From the NCBI GenBank assembly GCA_041659325.1, contig JBAZYN010000004.1, positions 583 through 64,582 of the forward strand: DNA of 64,000 bases. The letters run 5' to 3'. Positions 9,918 to 19,041 of this stretch are shown here, one piece after another. The position numbers were made by a program, and so were the translations under genes. The stretch comes from Candidatus Shapirobacteria bacterium. Lineage in GTDB: Bacteria; Patescibacteriota; Microgenomatia; UBA12405. Numbering within the stretch: position 1 is the first letter of the stretch; each line of letters begins with the position of its first letter. Below the pieces are notes generated by a model, which did not search any database, was not told the origin of the DNA, and worked only from the letters and a program-made list of their open reading frames with translations.

Positions 9918-10303
9918 ATCCAAAATACATTTTTTCCACCTTCCAAAACGGGCAAGCCCTCACCTCTCTTTTGATCATCATGTTTATCGGTCTGGCAATA
10001 GTTTCCGCCTCGGTGGGGATGATCAGCACTAATCTTGCATCGACCTCCGGGCTCCTTGTATCAAATGATGCCCTGGTGGTCGCTGAAAGCGGGGCCGAGG
10101 ATGCTCTTCTTAAAATCCTTCGCAATCCATCATACGCTGGGGGGACTTTGCCCCTTAGTATCGGCACTGCTACTGTCAGCATTTCTTCCACCTCTCCCTT
10201 CACCTTTGTCTCCACTGGTCAGGTGGGTCAATACCAACGCTCAATTCGGGTTATACTAAATAATACTGACGGTGTTACCACCGTCACTTCTTGGAAAGAA
10301 TAA
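9914..10303 (+). CDS. Minor pilin, PilX-like
   Basis: NG|QAL prepilin site lacking Glu5, plus the AESGAEDAL motif typical of PilX N-termini. Confidence 0.8.
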   Translation: MNPKYIFSTFQNGQALTSLLIIMFIGLAIVSASVGMISTNLASTSGLLVSNDALVVAESGAEDALLKILRNPSYAGGTLPLSIGTATVSISSTSPFTFVSTGQVGQYQRSIRVILNNTDGVTTVTSWKE

Positions 10304-10307
10304 AACC

Positions 10308-11390
10308 ATGACCAAAAAATCTAGCCTTATTTTTTACCTTGATCGGCAAAAATTAATTATTGCCGGTACTCAGTTGGCCGTCCCCCTAACCCTGGATTTC
10401 CCTGCAAGCATCGTTTTGGATATCGACATTATCGACATCGAATCATTTGACTTACTTCTGGGAAATTTTCTGGAACAATCCCAAATTGCCGTCTCCGATG
10501 TCCTGCTGGTTGTTTCCCCAGAAGTTTATTACGAAAAAGACACCTCCCTTTCCCTCGACCCTACCGAGCGTCAAAATCAAATTGATCTTTTTTCGGAAAC
10601 GATACCATTCAAGCATCTTATTTTCAAAGATTATTCATTAGGTACGCCCCGTCTCATCGCCTTAAACAAAAATTTTTACGAACCGGCAATCAAATTAATC
10701 GAAAAAAAGGGCTTCAACATCTTTACCATTATTCCTTTTTTTGTCCTTGGTCATTTTAATTTAAAATTGGAAAATTACCAGCCCGCCGAAGTAAAAGAAA
10801 TTTTCAAAAAAATAAAGTTGCTTGATCCTCTAAGTATTATTTCTAGTCAGGATATCGACAAAATGGTTACCACCCAAATCCACAAGCCCAAGGAAGACTC
10901 TAAGCGGACATATATATTACTTGCTGTTTTTTGTTTCCTCTTTGTCTCCCTTCTGGCTTTTGTTCTTCTTGGTCCCCGGCTACTTAGGCCCGGTGCCAAA
11001 AAAACATACCCACCACCATCTATAATATCCACCCCCATCCCGACAAAGGTTTTAATCTCCCCCATCCCCACCGTTACTTTTCTTTCCGAAGAAACCTTAC
11101 GAATCAAAGTCGTCAATAGTTCCGGGGTGGCAAATCAGGCGGCTGCGGTAAAGCAAGCATTGACAGCCGCCGGTCTAAAGGAAATTACTATCGGCTCTTC
11201 GTCCAAAGTCACCGCCGCCAACAACCAAATTAGTTTTTCCCCAAATGTTTCTCCCGAATCCCGTCAAAAAATAACCGCCGCCGCTGAAAAAATTGCCGGG
11301 GTATTTACCGAGACCGAATCCACCGATCTTACCAATATTGATGTGCTTATCACCACTACTTTCAAGCCCGGTACTAAAGCTACCCCTTGA
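10308..11390 (+). CDS. PilM-like N-terminal domain + TM + Pro/Thr linker + LytR C-terminal-like domain
   Basis: N-terminal LDFPASIVLDIDIIDIESF...VLLVVS resembles PilM lobe 1; single TM; C-terminal IKVVNSSGVANQAA...DVLI is LytR_C-like. Confidence 0.55.
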   Translation: MTKKSSLIFYLDRQKLIIAGTQLAVPLTLDFPASIVLDIDIIDIESFDLLLGNFLEQSQIAVSDVLLVVSPEVYYEKDTSLSLDPTERQNQIDLFSETIPFKHLIFKDYSLGTPRLIALNKNFYEPAIKLIEKKGFNIFTIIPFFVLGHFNLKLENYQPAEVKEIFKKIKLLDPLSIISSQDIDKMVTTQIHKPKEDSKRTYILLAVFCFLFVSLLAFVLLGPRLLRPGAKKTYPPPSIISTPIPTKVLISPIPTVTFLSEETLRIKVVNSSGVANQAAAVKQALTAAGLKEITIGSSSKVTAANNQISFSPNVSPESRQKITAAAEKIAGVFTETESTDLTNIDVLITTTFKPGTKATP

Positions 11391-11416
11391 CAACAAATAC
11401 TGATTTAAACTAGTCT
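11387..11416 (+). promoter_or_regulatory. Sigma70 promoter of the major pilin
   Basis: TTGACA (11387-92), 18 bp, TAGTCT (11411-16), 7 nt, ATG 11424. Confidence 0.6.
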
Positions 11417-11423
11417 TAATCAA

Positions 11424-11906
11424 ATGAAACAAAAAATCTGCCAAAAAACCAACAAAAGAGGTTTCACCTTGATCGAGTTATTGGTCGTCATAGGTATCCT
11501 CGCTCTCTTGCTTGCCATTACTCTTATCGCTATCAACCCGGCCAAACAGTTCGCCCAAGCCAACGACACCAAGCGTAGTAGTGATGTCAATGCCATTTTA
11601 AATGCTCTCAACCAGTATGCCGCCGACAATCGGGGCCAGCTTCCCGCCGGTATCGGTGCCTCAGCCGTTTCCATTGGTTCTTCAGGGGTCAACCTCTGTG
11701 CCGATTTAGTCACCGAATATCTGGCCGCCCTCCCCACCGATCCGACTAGTGGTAATACCGCAGGAGAAGTCGGAGCTCCCGTAACTGTCTGTACTGCCGC
11801 CTATGATACCGGTTATGTAGTTTCCAGAAGCGCCGACAATAACCGTCTTACTGTTACTGCCACTAGCGAGGTCAACCCGACCATCCCGATTTCAGTCACT
11901 CGCTAA
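11424..11906 (+). CDS. pilA: Major type IV pilin
   Basis: RG|FTLIELLVVIGIL, YLAALPTDP and a Cys pair; has its own promoter and terminator. Confidence 0.88.
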   Translation: MKQKICQKTNKRGFTLIELLVVIGILALLLAITLIAINPAKQFAQANDTKRSSDVNAILNALNQYAADNRGQLPAGIGASAVSIGSSGVNLCADLVTEYLAALPTDPTSGNTAGEVGAPVTVCTAAYDTGYVVSRSADNNRLTVTATSEVNPTIPISVTR

Positions 11907-11925
11907 TAGAATTATTTAGACATTC

Positions 11926-11958
11926 AAGCCCCCCCAAGCTTCTCGAAGGGGGGCTTTT
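11926..11958 (+). terminator. Rho-independent terminator after the pilin
   Basis: AAGCCCCCC...GGGGGGCTT stem ending in a TTTT run. Confidence 0.8.
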
Positions 11959-11978
11959 GGTATCTGTATAATTATTTT

Positions 11979-12314
11979 ATGGATGAAATAAATTATTGTG
12001 CCGTCTATCATCAGTCAAGCGAACCCTTAGATTATTATTGCCGCAATTGTGGTAAAAGTTTGCGGCCCCGACCTCTTTCCACTTCTGTACGAAGCCAACT
12101 AGTCCTATATATTAAAACTCTTCTCTTGCCACCATTTGGTTTTATTTGGGGCTATCGCTATCTACGCCAATCGGACACCGTCTCAAAACTGGTCGGTCTT
12201 TTTACTGTTCTCATCACTACGGCTGAAATTATCTGGCTTATCCAATCCACGGTAAATACTTTTACCACCGTCAATCAGGAGATTTATCGGCAGATGAAAC
12301 TCTACGGACTTTGA
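11979..12314 (+). CDS. Small membrane protein with N-terminal zinc-ribbon-like motif
   Basis: CAVYH...YCRNCG and two TM segments; TATAAT 6 nt before ATG. Confidence 0.7.
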   Translation: MDEINYCAVYHQSSEPLDYYCRNCGKSLRPRPLSTSVRSQLVLYIKTLLLPPFGFIWGYRYLRQSDTVSKLVGLFTVLITTAEIIWLIQSTVNTFTTVNQEIYRQMKLYGL

Positions 12315-12506
12315 TTGGATTATATATAATTACTTGTGCCAAAAAAACTGATTTTTTTTCCCAGCCGTCGTCGATAATTTTTGAAAAACTTCAGGACTCT
12401 CTTTTCCCGAAATTTCTCGTCGGTCGGGTTTTTGCCTATATGCCCTCAGACGGTAGCAATGTCGATGCCTCTGCCAAGTTCGTTTTACTGACAAATTTAT
12501 TTTTGG

Positions 12507-15260
12507 CTAAAAAGCTTTAATCTGTGCCAGGGCCGTTATCGAAAACAACATCAGTACCGACAGGGTAAAGGTGACAATCACAAAAAGCAAATAAAATACT
12601 TCAAAAATATTTACTTTCTTTCCGTTTTTCCATTTGTTCAGCTGATGATATATCCACACCGAAGACTCAAGCAAAAGTGCCGCGTACAAAATCCAGTCTT
12701 TCTTTTCTGGTTCAATCATCTCCGTTATTTCTACATTGCTCCCGGCCACTTGCCCGTCGGTTACGTTATCCGTTTTCTCCTCCGCCATAGCCGCCAGCAC
12801 TTTCCCGTATCGGCTCTTAACCCCAAATTCTGTCTCCGACCAGTTTGACATTAGCTTCTGGCCATTTTGGTCCAGGCCGTAAATTATTGTCCGGCTTCGA
12901 TATTGTCCTTCACTTGTTTTTATGGGTATTGGTATTCCAAAGTGTACTTTCCCGTGTCTGTTTCCTTTAATTTCACCCAAATCAATTTCTGCCCATCGAT
13001 AAAGTTCTCCGTATTGATCATATATCTCATGCCGCAGATATGTGTTGTATGCCGACACCGCCGCTCTGTTTTCTACTTCAATTTCAAAAGTCACCACATC
13101 ACCCGGGTATACAAATTCATTTACATTATTACCGACTTTTATTACCAATTCTGCCCTTCGGCTGTCCTGGTTCTTTGATCCTTCTGTTGTTACCTCCGCC
13201 GTCTCTTCTTGTCCCTCACTACTGTCAATTTGCTCATCAATATCCACCACCACCTCACCGTTTTGAACTACCAGAATTTTGCTTACCGCTACCGCTTGAT
13301 TGTTGCCGTTGTTCGTTTCCACCTGTCGGTTTCTCACTATCGCCCGCGCCTCCGCATCTATCAGTACCTCCGCTGCCAAAACCGGTCTTATAATTTTTTG
13401 CCACCAGGCTAATTCCTCATCAACTCCGGTGGCTACCTCTATCACAAAAGTTCCCCCCTCATTTCTCCCCAATTCACCCAATTGCCACTTTATCCTCCTC
13501 CCGCTGACAACCGGGTTCATCCCGCTGCCGTCTTTCACATACGCTGTTCCCTCCGGTAATACCAATTCCAGTTCGGTTCCCCTGGCTGTATCATACCCCA
13601 GATTTTTATAGCTCACCTGATAGGCCAGGCTCTCCCCCTGGCGAACTTCATTTTTCAATGCTATTAGCCCAACATCCATGTCCGGATAGGCAAATATCAC
13701 TCTCCCTCTCCAGCCCCCAATTATATTAATCAGGCCATAAAACCAATTGTTGCCCGAAATATTTACATTTACCAGATTATTTAAATTGGCAATCGCCGTT
13801 GCCTCTCCGGTTTTGATTGCTCCTGTGCCGCTTTGTTCAATTACATTGTTGCCGGTATCTGCCGATACCTTTATGTTGTTGTAAACCTGGGCGTCATTAC
13901 TATTGTAAATACCTAGATTTTCCCCTCCGATAGGGGATATCGCCCAGTTGCTAAAATCAGCCTCCGCTGTCATCCAATCGGTCGCCCCCGGCGCCGACCA
14001 GTTAACCACCTCCGTTTTTTCTCCTCCCCAATTGTTAATCGAAGCATAAAAATACCCATCACCGCTTATATTCATATCGGCTATAGTTGCGCTTTTTGCC
14101 AAAGCCATCGCCCCGCCGGTTTCTACCGTCCCCTGTGTTTCTGCTGATACGCTATTTCCCCCGGTGTTGGCTTCTGCCGTCACTTCATTTTTGATATTAC
14201 TTTGATTCTGGCTGCTGACCACCGCTCCCCCGGTACTTCCCCCTGCTCCAAACCAAGTCGGTGCCGGTAGGATCAGGTCAGCCAACAGGCTGCCGTTGAG
14301 GTTCATAATTCCAAAAAACACCTGATTGCCAAAAATATTCGTGTTAACCAGATTTATCACATTAGCCAAAGCCGTCGCCGATCCCGACATTATCACCGCC
14401 TCATCGGTTTCACCGATTACATTCATCCCCGTCCTGGCCATTACCGTCACCCAGTTTTCCACCGATGCTTGGTTAAAATTACACAAGCTCATCAATTGGC
14501 TGTTTCCCTCATTTACCGTCATCGGTTGGGCTGATAACTCCTGCCACATTTTATTCAAGTCCAAGTCTTTCTTTTCTCCCGAAAATATATTGTTGATATA
14601 AACGCCGATTTTTCCGCCCACAATATTGCTGTTGACCAGGTTGATTACATTGGCCACTGCCGTTGCCCCGCCGCTTTTTATTTCCGCCGATATCTCCGTT
14701 TTGATGACTTCATTTCCTCCGGTATCGGCGCTCGCTGTCGCTTCGTTAACCAAATCGGCTTTATTTTTATTTATTACCTGTTTTGGTATCACCACTACCA
14801 CTTCACCGCTTAAAGCTTTTGACGGTTCAATCAACGTATTTTCGTTTATTGTATTTTTCGAATCAGTCTCTGCCGACGCACTACTGGTATCAATCAATCC
14901 CGTTACCGCTTCCTCAATTGTATTTCCCCCCGTCTGGCTGTCCGCCGAAGTTTGCGCCGAAACCGACGCTTCATGTTCATTTACCACGATTTCCACCAGT
15001 TCCGGACTGGTTGTCCCTATGGTTGGGGTTGGCGTTGTTCCGTCGATTTCCGGTCCTGCTTCTGTTACGCCCACCCTTTCTGCCGTTACTTCCGGCGTTT
15101 CTGTCGGGGTTATTTCATCCGCTGCTTCCTTATTTTCCGATACCTGAGTTGAGCCCACTTCTAATGCCTCTGCCCAAACCGTCACAGGCACCAAAAGCTG
15201 ATTCAGCCAAAGCGAAAAAATCGCCAAACAATTAAAAATTTTTATATATCTTTTTTCCAT
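12507..15260 (-). CDS. Secreted, C-terminally membrane-anchored protein with five A-x-T-G-x-N repeats and DUF11-like Ig domains
   Basis: Signal peptide (VWA), five ~50-aa repeats, GESLAYQVSYKNLG and PGDVVTFEIEVEN Ig-like modules, two C-terminal hydrophobic helices. Confidence 0.8.
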   Translation of the reverse strand: MEKRYIKIFNCLAIFSLWLNQLLVPVTVWAEALEVGSTQVSENKEAADEITPTETPEVTAERVGVTEAGPEIDGTTPTPTIGTTSPELVEIVVNEHEASVSAQTSADSQTGGNTIEEAVTGLIDTSSASAETDSKNTINENTLIEPSKALSGEVVVVIPKQVINKNKADLVNEATASADTGGNEVIKTEISAEIKSGGATAVANVINLVNSNIVGGKIGVYINNIFSGEKKDLDLNKMWQELSAQPMTVNEGNSQLMSLCNFNQASVENWVTVMARTGMNVIGETDEAVIMSGSATALANVINLVNTNIFGNQVFFGIMNLNGSLLADLILPAPTWFGAGGSTGGAVVSSQNQSNIKNEVTAEANTGGNSVSAETQGTVETGGAMALAKSATIADMNISGDGYFYASINNWGGEKTEVVNWSAPGATDWMTAEADFSNWAISPIGGENLGIYNSNDAQVYNNIKVSADTGNNVIEQSGTGAIKTGEATAIANLNNLVNVNISGNNWFYGLINIIGGWRGRVIFAYPDMDVGLIALKNEVRQGESLAYQVSYKNLGYDTARGTELELVLPEGTAYVKDGSGMNPVVSGRRIKWQLGELGRNEGGTFVIEVATGVDEELAWWQKIIRPVLAAEVLIDAEARAIVRNRQVETNNGNNQAVAVSKILVVQNGEVVVDIDEQIDSSEGQEETAEVTTEGSKNQDSRRAELVIKVGNNVNEFVYPGDVVTFEIEVENRAAVSAYNTYLRHEIYDQYGELYRWAEIDLGEIKGNRHGKVHFGIPIPIKTSEGQYRSRTIIYGLDQNGQKLMSNWSETEFGVKSRYGKVLAAMAEEKTDNVTDGQVAGSNVEITEMIEPEKKDWILYAALLLESSVWIYHQLNKWKNGKKVNIFEVFYLLFVIVTFTLSVLMLFSITALAQIKAF

Positions 15261-15279
15261 AAAAACCTACCTCTCTACC

Positions 15280-15304
15280 GCTCCCCGGTATCAACCGGGG
15301 GAGC
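15280..15304 (-). terminator. GC-rich intercistronic hairpin without U-tract (stabiliser or partial attenuator)
   Basis: GCTCCCCGGT-ATCA-ACCGGGGGAGC (10 bp with one bulge) between the 196-aa and 917-aa genes. Confidence 0.55.
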
Positions 15305-15319
15305 AGTCGAGAAATATAT

Positions 15320-15910
15320 CTAGTTCAAATCATTGACTTGAGCGTTGACTACCACTGAACCTTCTGCAAGAGCATCAGCTCTACCGGTATAAAGGTAACC
15401 GTTTCCGCCTCGTACGGTTAATCGGTTATCACCTGAATCGGCATCTGCCTCAACCTCGCTATCCACCATTACCAGATTTACATCTATTTCACTGGCAGGT
15501 TGGTATCCTCCTCCGCATCGGTTTAGAGTATTGCATGGGCTAGTGCAGCCTTCGTCACAGCAGCCGTTTTCTTGTCGGCCGACGGTAACACCACCTCTGG
15601 CAGTTGCCCAAGCTTCACCGGTATCAATTATTCCGGTTACAACCACGGGTTCCTCTTCGGGTTCCTCATGACACCACGGCCCAAAACACGGCATTCTATT
15701 TGTTTCCCTGACTGGAGCGGGAGCGCCAATATTGACATTGTTATCGCCTGAATCGGCTTCTGCCTCCACCTCGCTTTCAATCAGGGTGACATTCGCATTG
15801 ATATCCGGGGTAACCCGGGTCATCCTGGATGGTCGTGTAAGAGCCGAAACTGGTACCGCCACGGCCAAAAGAACGGCCACTGCGGTTAAAGTTGCAATTG
15901 TTTTTTTCAT
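15320..15910 (-). CDS. Secreted protein with two A-D-S-G-D-N repeats and Cys-rich inserts
   Basis: Signal peptide MKKTIA...VSA; repeats SEVEAEADSGDN...IDTGEAWA and SEVEADADSGDN...LYTGRADA. Confidence 0.85.
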   Translation of the reverse strand: MKKTIATLTAVAVLLAVAVPVSALTRPSRMTRVTPDINANVTLIESEVEAEADSGDNNVNIGAPAPVRETNRMPCFGPWCHEEPEEEPVVVTGIIDTGEAWATARGGVTVGRQENGCCDEGCTSPCNTLNRCGGGYQPASEIDVNLVMVDSEVEADADSGDNRLTVRGGNGYLYTGRADALAEGSVVVNAQVNDLN

Positions 15911-16070
15911 ATGTTTTTTAAATTTTCACCCCCTTTTAAAATTTTTAAATAATAATACGTAAAGGAATAAAACAAAAACACCCCAAACACGCGCCACAAA
16001 CTCCAAAAACATCTCTTTTGTAAATACTATATATACTCATGGAAAAAACAAAAGCCACCTTATATTCTGA

Positions 16071-16099
16071 ATTATCACCAAACCAAAATATCAAGTCAA
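16071..16099 (-). promoter_or_regulatory. Sigma70 promoter of the 15910 gene
   Basis: Minus strand TTGACT, 17 bp, GATAAT with extended TG; SD-like GGGGGTGA at 15926-15933. Confidence 0.6.
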
Positions 16100-16345
16100 T
16101 ACTATCAAAACAGGTCACCGAATTTAATCCCAAACGAACCGCTTTATTTTAAAAAGCAAAACAAAACCAAATTTTTTTAACTCCGAAAATCCGATTTTCC
16201 GGGCATTCGATATCTGCAAACAAGGAACATCAGTCGGGGCAAATAAAAATACCCAAATAATACGAAAAATTTATTTCCATTTTGTGGTAAAATAGAGAAG
16301 GTATAGAGTTTTACGGTTACATTCTTTTTGGCGCAGACGAATACA

Positions 16346-17002
16346 ATGGATAACTTATTTGTATATTTTCTTCAAGCTCCTGCTACCGGAAATGATCCTG
16401 TCGTTTGTAAAGGGGCGGAGCAAATACTTAATAGTCTAGGCGATAGTATTAATTTCCAAAAAATTTCTCACCAATCTGAGGAACAAAGAGACCTAATTGA
16501 ACTCCACCAACCTCTGCGAATTTTCACTCTTGGATGTAGCCCCCAATTCGAGGTCACTCCGATTACTTATCTCAATCAAAAATACAATCAGGATTTTCTG
16601 GTTATTTGGTTTGACATCCGGGGATATCCTTTTTTCACCGATCCCGCTTTTTCTCAGCTAGATTTAAATCAGATAATTTTGGCCGGTGTAAACGACCTGG
16701 GTCAGTCCATCACCACCACTTCCTGCCACGAATTAAAAAATGGTCAGTTAATTTATAAAATCCTGAAAAAAGCTAAAAAAAATATTTATATTCATCTCAA
16801 CCTCAACGTTCTCGACCCTCAGGAATTAGGATCAGCTTCCCGCCCCGACGAAAACGGTATTCCCTTCGAAGCTTTAATCAGCCAAATTTTTCAGGTAAAA
16901 AAAGACTTCAACATTGTCGGGATAAGTATCGTCGAAGCCCCAACGATGACTCAATATCAACTGGACAAAGTCAACAAATTAGTACTAAAAACCTTCGAAT
17001 AG
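16346..17002 (+). CDS. Degenerate arginase/ureohydrolase-fold protein
   Basis: TLGC, LVIWFD, IILAGVNDL, IYIHLNLNVLDP, GIPFEAL and IVGISIVE motifs; metal ligands lost. Confidence 0.7.
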   Translation: MDNLFVYFLQAPATGNDPVVCKGAEQILNSLGDSINFQKISHQSEEQRDLIELHQPLRIFTLGCSPQFEVTPITYLNQKYNQDFLVIWFDIRGYPFFTDPAFSQLDLNQIILAGVNDLGQSITTTSCHELKNGQLIYKILKKAKKNIYIHLNLNVLDPQELGSASRPDENGIPFEALISQIFQVKKDFNIVGISIVEAPTMTQYQLDKVNKLVLKTFE

Positions 17003-17036
17003 TAAAAAAGTAAGCTATTATTAAACAAGCTTACTT

Positions 17037-18359
17037 ATGAAAAAAGATATTCTGTCGCTTCTATCTGTTTTCAGCCTCGCAGTTTTAACCCTTTCTTTTT
17101 CCCCGCCGATTTCTTTTGCCCAAAGTTATACTTCCCGTCAAAGAATTGGTGTCGGTGTCCACTCCCACACTCCCGTAGACTATCTCAATTGGTATGATTT
17201 TCAGGCTTATAATCTTGGTTGGTATTTTACCTGGAAGGGGACCAGTGATTTACCCAACCCTGGCAATATCGATGGAGTTGAATTTATGCCCACGTATTAC
17301 AATGGCAAATGCCCTCAGGCTTCTCTCGATCTGGTAAAAAATAACCCCACTGCCTATCCTTTTGGGACCACTTTTTTGATCGGCAACGAGCTTGGTATGA
17401 CCGAAATTCCCGATATGGCTGTTTATGCCCAGGATTACCGCAATTGTTATCTTGCTCTCAAAAATTTAAATCGAAATTACAAAGTTGTTTTGGGCGCCCT
17501 AACTTCGTCAAGTCGGATATATATGCTCGAAACCATCCGTTCCGAGTATAAAAAAAATTACGGCACTGATTTGCCAACGGACGGTTATCGGGTCAATGTC
17601 TATTTTGAAACTTTGGCCAGTGCCGTCACCAAAATGCGTAATTTTATGAAAAGTGTCGGCGATCAGGATAAGGACTTAATCATCACCGAATCATGCCATC
17701 CCGACAAAACCGAATCCGAAAATGTTGCCTACCTAAAGGAAGCTCTAAACTACACCACCACTACCAAAGATACCTCTATCGGCAAACCGTCCGATAATTA
17801 CATGCTGATCCAGCGCTTTGCCTGGTTTCTTATGAATAGTGCCGTCAACGGTTATTCCAGTTGTTCGCTTTACGATATCAATTTACATGCGGCTGCCTAT
17901 CCTCCCCTTAAAACCAAAAAGACTCAAGTTGGTTTGGCTTTCTCCGATTGGATGGCCAAAAACATCCCCCCGACTGCCTCCAGTCCCACTCCCACCAAAA
18001 AACCCACCCTGATTCCCACCCTTCGCCCCACTTCAACTACAATCCCAACTATCCGTCCGACTTCCACCTCAACTTCCCGCCCCACCTCAACTTCAATCCC
18101 GACCATCCGTCCCACTCCCACCCTCAAACCGACCTCCCTCCCTTCTGCCTCTCCCACCGTCTCCGTCTGTTCCAAAAAAGCCACCGGTGATGCCAACTGT
18201 GATGGTTTGGTAAACATCTTTGATTTTGGAATTTGGAAAGTAGACTTTATTGACTATCGCAGCGGTACCAAAAAAAATATTTGGGACTCAGATTTTGATG
18301 TCGATTCAAAAGTTTCTATCTATGATTTTTCTATCTGGAAACTGGGCTACGGTAAATAA
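17037..18359 (+). CDS. Secreted clan GH-A-like glycoside hydrolase + Pro/Thr linker + dockerin-like domain
   Basis: GWYFTW, FLIGNE (acid/base), IITE (nucleophile), FAWF; dockerin-like GDANCDGLVNIFDF and DFDVDSKVSIYDF. Confidence 0.7.
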   Translation: MKKDILSLLSVFSLAVLTLSFSPPISFAQSYTSRQRIGVGVHSHTPVDYLNWYDFQAYNLGWYFTWKGTSDLPNPGNIDGVEFMPTYYNGKCPQASLDLVKNNPTAYPFGTTFLIGNELGMTEIPDMAVYAQDYRNCYLALKNLNRNYKVVLGALTSSSRIYMLETIRSEYKKNYGTDLPTDGYRVNVYFETLASAVTKMRNFMKSVGDQDKDLIITESCHPDKTESENVAYLKEALNYTTTTKDTSIGKPSDNYMLIQRFAWFLMNSAVNGYSSCSLYDINLHAAAYPPLKTKKTQVGLAFSDWMAKNIPPTASSPTPTKKPTLIPTLRPTSTTIPTIRPTSTSTSRPTSTSIPTIRPTPTLKPTSLPSASPTVSVCSKKATGDANCDGLVNIFDFGIWKVDFIDYRSGTKKNIWDSDFDVDSKVSIYDFSIWKLGYGK

Positions 18360-18373
18360 AGGCAAATAATAAA

Positions 18374-18772
18374 ATGAAAAATAATAAATATATTTTTGTC
18401 GTCATTGCTTTCATGCTTTTGCTAACGGTGCTGATTTTTGCTCGTTATAATTATCAATTCCAAATATCAAAAAAACCGGGTCACCCGATTATCCCTCCTC
18501 CCGCACTTTCAGAAAGATGCGGTCTGCAAGACTGTCACGGGCTAGATGTTACCTGCGGTCCGGATGTCCCCGAAGTCTGCGACCTGATGTACCAAATAGG
18601 GGACAATTGTCGGCAATACGCGCTCTGCGGTAAAGTCAGCGGCGAATGCCGGCTACAAGCATCACCCAAATTTGATGCCTGTAAATCCTGTGTTCAAACT
18701 TGTGAGCAAAATTTCCAAAACACTTCAGATCCGGCAAAAGTATTCGAGTGCGAAAGCACCTGTTTTGAGTAG
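18374..18772 (+). CDS. Membrane-anchored cysteine-rich protein
   Basis: N-terminal TM; 12 Cys in the C-terminal ~85 aa. Confidence 0.75.
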   Translation: MKNNKYIFVVIAFMLLLTVLIFARYNYQFQISKKPGHPIIPPPALSERCGLQDCHGLDVTCGPDVPEVCDLMYQIGDNCRQYALCGKVSGECRLQASPKFDACKSCVQTCEQNFQNTSDPAKVFECESTCFE

Positions 18773-19041
18773 CCAATTCGATTAATTAAAGTCAGCTTTT
18801 TTGTAGGTAAACGGCCAACTTCCTGTCGGATATTTTTTAATATTAAATACATAATTTAAATTATTCCTGAGATACCAAAGCATCAAACACCCAAAAGAAT
18901 TCTTTAACTCCGGGAAAATGCGATTTTAGGCACCCCTTTTCGCCATCGTTCAAGATTTTACATTATTTTGTTATTTATCTTATATAAATCTTACAAAACA
19001 TATTGTAGAATACCTTGCCTATAATATTATTTCAAAGCCAC

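Noticed and set aside
3-11906. Type II secretion system interpretation
   Set aside because: No secretin or GspC is visible; a separately promoted major pilin and a FimU/V/W/X-like set fit a type IV pilus better.
12311-12520. 69-aa ORF or ncRNA between convergent genes
   Set aside because: Weak start, no motif and no convincing structure.
15284-15297. Similarity of CCGGTATCAACCGG to riboswitch P4 CCGGTATCACCGG
   Set aside because: Only ~13 nt of a self-complementary hairpin match, with no other shared elements; probably chance.
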